Assembly (NCBI RefSeq): GCF_964213995.1
Contig: NC_135820.1
Location: forward strand, 3,478,139 to 3,536,000
Reading direction: 5' to 3'
Length of the DNA stretch: 57,862 bases
Source of the DNA: Mustelus asterias
Taxonomy: Eukaryota
Position numbers and translations under genes: made by a program. Shown in pieces: positions 50,028 to 57,862 of the stretch. The notes below the pieces were generated by a model. The model did no database searches, was not told the origin of the DNA, and saw only the letters and a program-made list of their open reading frames with translations. Position 1 is the stretch's first letter, and each line of letters begins with the position of its first letter.

Positions 50028-51810
50028 CATTGAGTCATAGAGATTTACAGCATGGAAACAGGCCCTTCGGCCCAGCTTGACTATCCCACCCCCTTTTTGT
50101 AACCCCTGAGCTGGTCACAATTGCCCACGTTTGGCCATATCTCCCTATACCCATCTTACCCATGTAACTGTCTGAACGCTTTTCTAAAAACAAAATTGTA
50201 CCCACCTCTACTACTACCTCTGGCAGCTTGTTCTACACACTCACCACCTCTGTCTGAAAAAATTGCCCCTCTGGACCCTTTTGTATCTCTCCCCTCTCAC
50301 CTTGACCCTATGCCCTCTAGTTTTAGACTCCCCTACCGTTGGGAAAAGATGTTGACTATCTAGCTGATCTATGCCCCTCATTATTTTACAGACCTCTATA
50401 AGATCACCCTGATCATCCCATTGCTGTCCACTATGCTCCAGAGAAAAAGTCCCAGTCTATCCAGCCTCTCCTTATAACTCAAACCATCAAGTCTGGGTAG
50501 CATCTTTTCTGCACTCTTTCTAGTTAATAATATCCTTTCTATAATTGGGTGACCAGAACTGTACACAGCATTCCAAGTGTGGCCTGACCAATGGCTTGTA
50601 CAACTTCAACAAGACATCCCAACTTCTGTATTCAATGTTCTGACCAATGAAAGTAAGCATGCTGAATGCCTTCTTCACCACTCTGTCCACTTGTGACTCC
50701 ACTTTCAAAGAGCTATGAACATGTACCCCTAGATCTCTTTGTTCTGTAACTCTCCCCAACACCCTACCATTAACTGAGTAAGTCCTGCCCTGGTTCAATC
50801 TACCAAAATGCATCACCCTGCATTTATCTAAATTAAACTCCATCTGCCATTCGTCAGCCCACTGGCCCAATTGATCAAGATCCCATTGCGATCCAAGATA
50901 ACTTTCTTCACTGTCCATTATGCCACCAATCTTGGTGTCATCTGCAAACTTACTAACCATGCCTCCTATATTCTCATCCAGACCATTAATATGAATGATA
51001 AATAACAGTGGACCCACCACCGATCCCTGAGGTACACCTCTCGTCACAGGCCTCCAGCTTGAAAAACAACCCTCTACAACACCCTCTGGCTTCTGTCATC
51101 AAGCCAATTTCGTATCCATTTAGCTACCTCACCCTGGATCCCGTGAGATTTAACCTTACCTTCTTGGTTACCCCTTCAAAAAATTCAATCAAATTTGTGA
51201 GACATGATTTTCCACTCATAAAGCCATGCTGACTGTCCCTAATCAGTTCTTGCATCTCTAAATGACTGTAGATCCTGTCTCTCAAAATACCTTCCAACAA
51301 CTTCCCCTCCACAGATGTGAGGCTCACTGGCCTGTTGTTCCCAGGCTTTTCCCTGCAGCCCTTTTTAAACAAAGGCACAACATTTGCCACTCTCCAATCT
51401 AAGGCACCTCACCCGTGACTATCGATGATTCAAATATCTCTGCTAGGGGACCCGCAATTTCCTCCCTAGCTTCCCACAATGTCCTGGGATACACTTCATC
51501 AGGTCCCGGGGATTTATCTATCTTGATGCACTTTAAGACTGCCAGCCTCTCCCTCTCTGTAATATGTACACTCCTCAAGACATCACTATTTATTTCCCCA
51601 AATTCCCTAATATCCATGCTTTTCTCAACAGTAAATTGAGAAATATTCATTTAGGATCTCACCCATCTCTTGTGGATCTGCACATAGATGACCTTGCTGA
51701 TCCTTAAGAAGCCCTACTCTCTCCCTTGTTACTCTTTTGCCCTTTATGTATTTGAAGAAGCTCTTTGGATTCTCCTTTGCCTTATCTTCCAAAACAATCT
51801 CGTGTCCCCT
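50028..51810 (-). mobile_element. CR1 LINE fragment with internal deletion
   Basis: ORFs 51399-51650, 51124-51390, 50520-51047. Confidence 0.94.
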
Positions 51811-51819
51811 TTTTGGATA

Positions 51820-52483
51820 GCGTTATAGTCAGAGCGAGGGTGCGGAGAAAGATCAACTTAATATCAGGTAGGTCCATTCAAAAGTCCGATGGCAGCAGGG
51901 AAGAAGCTGTTCTTGAGTCAGTCAGTACATGACCTCAGACAATGGTTAGCACTGCTGCCTCACAGCGCCAGGGACCCGCGTTTGATTCCCAACTTGGGTC
52001 ACTGGCTGTGCGGAGTTTGTACGTTCTCCCCGTGTCAGCGTGGGTTTCTTTCGGGTGCTTTGGTTTCCTCCCACAGTCCAAGGATGTGTGGGTTAGGTGC
52101 ATTGGCCGTGCTAAATTGCTCCTTAGTGTCAGGGGGGCTCACAAGGGTAAATATATTGGGTTATGTGGATAGAGCCTGGATGGGATTGTGGTCGGTGCAG
52201 ACTTGATGGGCCGAATGACCTCCTTCTGCACTGTAGGCTTCTATGATTTTGTATCTTTTTCCCAACGGAAGAAGGTGGAAGAGAGTATGTCTGGGGTACG
52301 AGGGGTCTTTGGTTATGCTGACTACTTTTCTGAGGCTGTGGGAAGTGTAGACAGAGTCAATGAATGGGTGGTTGGTTTGCGTGATGGACTGGGCTACGTT
52401 CACAACCCTTTGTAATTTCTTGCGGACTTGGGCAGAGCAGGAGCCATACCAAGCTGTGATACATTTGGAAAGAATGCTTTTGA
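51820..52483 (-). mobile_element. Rex1/Babar-type fragment split by an HE1-type SINE (51940-52245)
   Basis: SILSKCITAWYGSCSAQVRKKLQRVV in ORF 52161-52514. Confidence 0.82.
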
Positions 52484-52662
52484 TGGGGGGATAGGGGGTG
52501 TGCTTCGGGACCAAGGGAAATGTTCAGAGCAGAGGGGTTTCTAGAGGTGAATTAGAAATGTAGCAAGGTGTGTGAAAAACTGGGCTGGCTGGGTTTCTGA
52601 AACCATCGATAGATGTTAGGAGGAAGCTGTGCAATGGTATCAAAACACTGGTGATATTTCAG

Positions 52663-53606
52663 AGTAAGAAGCCTCACAACACCAGGTTAAAGTCCAACAG
52701 GTTTATTTGGTATTTTAGAACGTAGAACATAGAACAGTACAGCACAGAACAGGCCCTTCGGCCCACGATGTTGTGCCGAGCTTTATCTGAAACCAAGATC
52801 AAGCTATCCCACTCCCTATCATCCTGGTGTGCTCCATGTGCCTATCCAATAACCGCTTAAATGTTCCTAAAGTGTCTGACTCCACTATCACTGCAGGCAG
52901 TCCATTCCACACCCCAACCACTCTCTGCGTAAAAAACCTACCTCTGATATCCTCCCTATATCTCCCACAATGATCCCTATAGTTATGCCCCCTTGTAATA
53001 GCTCCATCCACCCGAGGAAATAGTCTTTGAATGTTCACTCTATCTATCCCCTTCATCATTTTATAAACCTCTATTAAGTCTCCCCTCAACGTCCTCCGCT
53101 CCAGAGAGAACAACCCTAGCTCCCTCAACCTTTCCTCATAAGACCTACCCTCCAAACCAGGCAGCATCCTGGTAAATCTCCTCTGCACTCTTTCCAGCGC
53201 TTCCACATCCTGCTTACAGTGAGGTGACCAGAACTGCACACAATATTCCAAATGTGGTCTCACCAAGGTCCTGTACAGTTGCAGCATAACCCCACGGCTC
53301 TTAAACTCCAACCCCCTGTTAATAAAAGCTAACACACTATAGGCCTTCTTCACAGCTCTATCCACTTGAGTGGCAACCTTTAGAGATCTGTGGATATGGA
53401 CCCCAAGATCTCTCTGTTCCTCCACAGTCTTCAGAACCCTACCTTTGACCCTGTAATCCACATTTAAATTAGTCCTACCAAAATGAATCACCACTATCAT
53501 TGCTCAACAATCATTGCTACCAGATAAACCTGTTGGACTTTAACCTGGTGTTGTGAGACTTCTTATTGTGCTTACCCCAGTCCAACACCGGCATCTCCAC
53601 ATCATG
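52663..53606. mobile_element. Tiny inverted Penelope pseudo-LTR remnants (52663-52712 and 53515-53606) flanking a CR1 insertion
   Basis: acaccaggttaaagtccaacagg and its reverse complement, the same terminus as the 19431 and 55692 elements. Confidence 0.8.
52717..53491 (-). mobile_element. CR1 LINE 3' fragment, same subfamily as 2084-4140
   Basis: ORF 52799-53500 nearly identical to the C-terminus of ORF 2165-3763. Confidence 0.96.
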
Positions 53607-54860
53607 CATATTTCAGAGTTCAGACTGAGACATCTCTGTGGTGGAAACTTAATCTCGTCAGCAGTAATGCGATCTTTAGCCTGGGCCTGTGTCACTGGGA
53701 GGTGTGATCTGGGTCCTCGCCTCCGGCTGAAGTAAAAGCTTTGGTGCCTGCTATGGGGAAGGGGCAGGTGACATGGGCAACACAATGGCACAGTGGTTAG
53801 CACTGTTGCTTCACAGCACCAGGGACCTGAGTTTGATTCCTGGCTTGAGTCACTGCCTGTGCGGATTCTGCACATTCTCCCCGTGTCTGCGTGGGTTTCC
53901 TCAGGGTGCTCCGGTTTCCTCCCACAGTCCACAGATGTGCAGGCCATGCTAAAGTGCCTCGTAGTGTCCCGAGATGTGTATGTCAGAGGGATCAGCGGCG
54001 TAAATGTGTGGGGCTGTGGGGTTAGGGCCTGGGGTGGGATTGTTGTCGGTGCAGACTCGATGGGGCGAATGTCCTCCTTCTGCACATAAGGATTCTATCA
54101 CACTTCAGACCAGGACACTATGATGATCTACATGCTAAAGGACAAGTCAGAGCAATTAATCTGTTGCAAGGCAGGACGATGGAAGTGAATGAATTGGGGA
54201 CAGATTGAGAGCGAGTGTCACAGAGCTGTGTTAGTTTGAAGAAGACAGGGGAGGACCTTTGTCTCTGACAGAGGAAGTGAAGTGATTTGGAAAGTAACAT
54301 GGGCTAAGTGTAGAGGTGCCTCCCAAAATTCTCCAGTTCTGGGGATTTCCCTCACCTCACGTTCCCGTCAGTTAGAGATTGCCAGAGATTGATTGCTCAG
54401 AGCAGTCCACCACTGGGTTCCTGTTACAGGATGTCACTGCCAGTAACTGGAGAAACCAAACATGACGCACATCAATCCATTTTAAAACAACCCTCCCAAC
54501 TTCCAATCCCAACTGCTCAGCAAGCACTCACCATTAATAACTCGATGATAACACCATGAGCTGGAATGTGACTGGATTCAAACATTAGAATGATGCAGCA
54601 ATATTCTGATGATGATTGCAGAGATAATTGCCGGAATTGTACCGCCTCGCCCACCCGATTCTGGGGCAAGCGAGGCTGGCAGGACGGCATTCCCTGTTGG
54701 CCTTGGGCGGGATCTTACAAACCTCGGGCGGGCGAGGTTGTAAAATACCGACCATTAAGTTTTCACCAGGACGCACAATCCAATACACTGTCCCCATTCC
54801 CCCCCCTCTCTTATTACACTTACCCTCACACAGCAACAACACTCCTGGGAAAATACATAC

Positions 54861-55199
54861 CTAGAACTGTCAAATTCATTGTTTCTTCATGATTTCCCTC
54901 AGGGAATAAACTGAGCTCACACGTATACATTCCCTCATCCTGCATCTGCAAAGACTTTAATAGAATGGATCCATCCAATAGGGAATTGTTTCTGAAAACT
55001 ATCCGACTGGAATCATGTGGGTTTAAGTTGTTGATCCCATGCTTATGGTGATATGCAATGAAGGAAATATTTTCAGCATCTTTCTTCCAGGCAATTTGCA
55101 CCAATGTTGTGTTGTTTCCTGTTCCCTGGCACGGCAGTAGCACCTCCGCCCCAGCAAAAGCAGTGAGGGTCACTTCTGTGACCTGGTTCTTTGCTGTAA
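54861..55199 (-). CDS. Nectin/PVR/CD96-family receptor, IgV exon (first coding exon visible)
   Basis: Acceptor ttgttgttcgtgcag|TT, donor G|gtatgt, 339 nt, phase 1-1. Encodes VLLPC...VQIAW...IAYHHKHG...DGSILLKSLQMQDEGMYTCELSLFPEG...LTVL, a V-set domain with PVR-family-like motifs. An alternative in-frame AG lies 6 nt downstream. Confidence 0.93.
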
Positions 55200-55691
55200 C
55201 TGCACGAACAACAAGCATTGACACCATTAGAAAATACACTGGGAAACGGTTTACTCTCAATCTGGATCAAACTCATCATCAAAACGCTCAAATCCCAAGC
55301 AGACACGTCTCAGCAGTTAGAAAGTACTTCAGCAGCCCCTCGCTGATAGCCAACCTGTAAGCAGTGTCAATACTGGGGCCAGGCTTAAGCATGTGGCGAC
55401 ACCTGGCTTGCCCGTTGCTCGCTGGGCCCAATATTCAACTGCATTGGCATCAACATGGGGAGGCGATGGCCTAGTGGTATTTTCGCTAGATTATTAATCC
55501 AGAAACTCAGCGAATGTTCTGGGGGCCCGGGTTCGAATCCCGCCACGGCAGATGGTGGAATTTAAATTCACTAATAAATATCTGGAATTAAGAATCTACT
55601 GATGACCGTGAAACCATTGTCGCTTGTCAAAAAAACCCACCTCGTTCACTGATGTCCTTCAGGGAAGGAAATCTGGCGTACTTACCCGGTA

Positions 55692-56423
55692 GTCATGATG
55701 TGGAGATGCTGGCGTTGGACTGGGGTGAACACAGTAAGAAGTCCCACAACACCAGGTTAAAGTCCAACAGGTTTATTTGGTAGCAAATACCATTAGCTTT
55801 CGGAGCGCTGCTCCTTCATCAGATGGATTGGAAATCTGCTCTCAAACAGTGCCCAGAGACACAAAATCAAGTTCCAGAATACTGATTAGAATGCGAATCC
55901 CTAAAGCCAGCCAGGTCTTAAAGGTACAGACAATGTGGGTGGAGGGAGCATTAAACACAGGTTAAAGAGATGTGTATTGTCTCCAGGCAGAACAGCTAGT
56001 GAGATTCTGCAAGCCCAGGAGGCAAGCTGTGGGGGTTACTGATAATGTGACATAAATCCAACATCCCGGTTTAGGCCGTCCTCATGTGTGCAGAACTTGG
56101 CTATCAGTTTCTGCTCAGCGACTCTGCGCTGTCGTGTGTCGTGAAGGCCGCCTTGGAGAACGCTTACCTGAAGATCCAAGGCTGAATGCCCGTGACTGCT
56201 GAAGTGCTCCCCCACAGGAAGAGAACAGTCTTGCCTGGTGATTGTCGAGCGGTGTTCATTCATCCGTTGTCGTAGCGTCTGCATGGTTTCCCCAATGTAC
56301 CATGCCTCGGGACACCCTTTCCTGCAGCGTATCAGGTGGACAATGAATTCCTGTGGTCGACTCTTGCAACTCGGCCAACATTGTCTACCTGATACGCTGC
56401 AGGAAAGGGTGTCCCGAGGCATG
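55692..56423 (-). mobile_element. Penelope-like element 3' fragment (GIY-YIG endonuclease plus pseudo-LTR) with short 5' inversion
   Basis: ORF 56036-56422 HLIRCRKGCPEAWYIGET...RMNEHR...GLN; ~45-bp inverted repeat 56300-56345/56378-56423. Confidence 0.93.
55790..55826 (-). ncRNA. Minimal type I hammerhead ribozyme motif in Penelope pseudo-LTR
   Basis: Reverse complement CCAT-CTGATGA-A-GGAGCAGCGCTCC-GAAAGCTA-ATGG. Confidence 0.8.
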
Positions 56424-57319
56424 TGACACTAATAAATAAAGTTAAACTTCAAAGTTTCCCTCATATCTGCAATTTCCCAGTCCTGGGTGACAACATCCTC
56501 ATAAATCTTCTCTGCACTCTCTTGAGTGAAACTGTATCCTTTCTGTGACAAGGCAACCAGAACTGTACAAAGCGCTCATGTTGTGACCTAACTAATGTTT
56601 TCTACAATTCCAGCATAACCTCCCTCCTCTTATATTCTGTACCACTGCTAATAAATGAAAAGATTCCACGTTCCCCGATCACCTCATCAGCCTGTCCTGA
56701 TGCATTTTGGAATCTGTGGATACTAATAAATAAACATTAAACTTTAAAAAACTTTTGTTACTCATGGAGTAAAAAGAGGATCAAGAAGGGCCTATGAATA
56801 AACTGATCTGAAAATGGGCAGTGTGAGGTTGGGTAAATATACTGATTCGTGAGAGGAATGTGAGACAAGTTCAAACACCTACGCAGTGGACTATAATCGA
56901 CAATAAGGAAACAGGAGAGTTGTTAACGAATGTCTTGTGTCCACTTTCACTGCAGAGCAACCTGAAAGTGAGATCAGGGGCCCAAATTCAGTGGAGTCAT
57001 TTGTGTTGAAAGATTGGCAGTGGAGTAAATCAAGTTTGGGGAATCTCTGTCAGTTGTGGGGAAGTGGCTGGGATCTATCATTAAGGATAAGCAGCTGTCT
57101 AAGTTCATAGTGATCAGTGAGTGCGGGTATGGGTGATTTACACTGTTGGATGTGTCTGGCGAAGCCTGTGTTGATTGTTATTTGAGGAAGTCACAAATCA
57201 CCAGAGAGGAGAATATCGGTGCAACCTGCTGAGTTCACCCAACAGTCATCTGATAAAATCCACTCACGAAATTGTCAGATTATTCAGAAAAAAATGAGGA
57301 AGTTGGAGGGGAATAAATA

Positions 57320-57560
57320 GATAGAAGGAGGAGTAGGCCATTCGGCCCTTCGAGCCTGCTCCGCCTTTCATTTTGATCATGGCTCATCATCAAATTCAAT
57401 ATCCTGATTCCCTCCCCTTCCTCCCATATCCCTCAATCCTTTTAGCCAAGAGCTATATCTAATTTCATCTTGAAATCACAGAACGTTTTGGCCAAAACTA
57501 CACTCTGTGGTAGTGAATTCCACACATTCACCACCCTCTGGGTGAAGAAATTTCTCCTCA
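57320..57560 (-). mobile_element. CR1 3' end fragment
   Basis: RRNFFTQRVVNVWNSLP; similar to 30349-30600. Confidence 0.88.
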
Positions 57561-57614
57561 CCAAGACAGATAGATAGGCTGAGGGGTATGCAGAGAGATG
57601 GATATGCAGATAGC

Positions 57615-57630
57615 TAGATAGATAGATAGG

Positions 57631-57690
<60 letters not shown>
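57615..57690. repeat. (GATA)n microsatellite
   Basis: Direct agat/gata iteration. Confidence 0.97.
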
Positions 57691-57862
57691 CATGTTGGAT
57701 GATTGTTAGGGAGACAGATGAATGGAGAGATGAGCAGATGAATGAATGGAGGGAAAGAAGACTGGGCAGACAGGGAGATAAGTACAAAATCCCGGCTTGG
57801 GTCACTGTCTGTGTGGAGTTTGCACATTCTCCTCGTGTCTGCGTGGGTTTCCTCCGGGTGCT

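Noticed and set aside
55200-55260. In-frame ATGs upstream of the V exon as a signal peptide (MVSMLVVRAVTA)
   Set aside because: The hydrophobic core is short and overlaps a normal acceptor. This family usually has a separate phase-1 leader exon, and none was found up to 57862.

Overview
Vertebrate genomic DNA, very probably from a shark (elasmobranch), judged by HE1/V-SINE-type SINEs and HER1-type CR1 LINEs. Most of the window is transposable elements: CR1 LINEs of several subfamilies, two tRNA-headed SINE families, Rex1/Babar fragments, Penelope-like elements carrying minimal hammerhead ribozymes, and GC-rich MITE-like elements, often nested. One host gene can be reconstructed by hand on the minus strand from seven GT-AG, phase-compatible coding exons (55199-54861, 46845-46552, 42630-42528, 38038-37899, 34591-34487, 27981-27947, 26586-26470; about 377 aa). 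Its leader exon was not found and probably lies beyond the window end. It encodes a nectin/PVR(CD155)/CD96-family type I membrane protein (IgV-IgC-IgC-TM). The tail lacks the nectin afadin-binding end and instead carries an ITIM-like motif (MVYATL) and an exact ITSM (TVYADV), making it a candidate inhibitory immune receptor. A 35-nt frame-determining mini-exon ahead of the tyrosine-motif exon lies between a G-run repeat and a ~35-bp tandem array rich in ACUAAC on the sense strand, suggesting a splice switch. Also present: an intron-containing tRNA-Leu(CAA) pseudogene, a LINE whose 5' end is a tRNA-headed SINE, a fold-back SINE pair and a perfect 22-bp hairpin. Repeat boundaries are approximate (read by eye); exon boundaries were counted base by base. 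No database searches were run.
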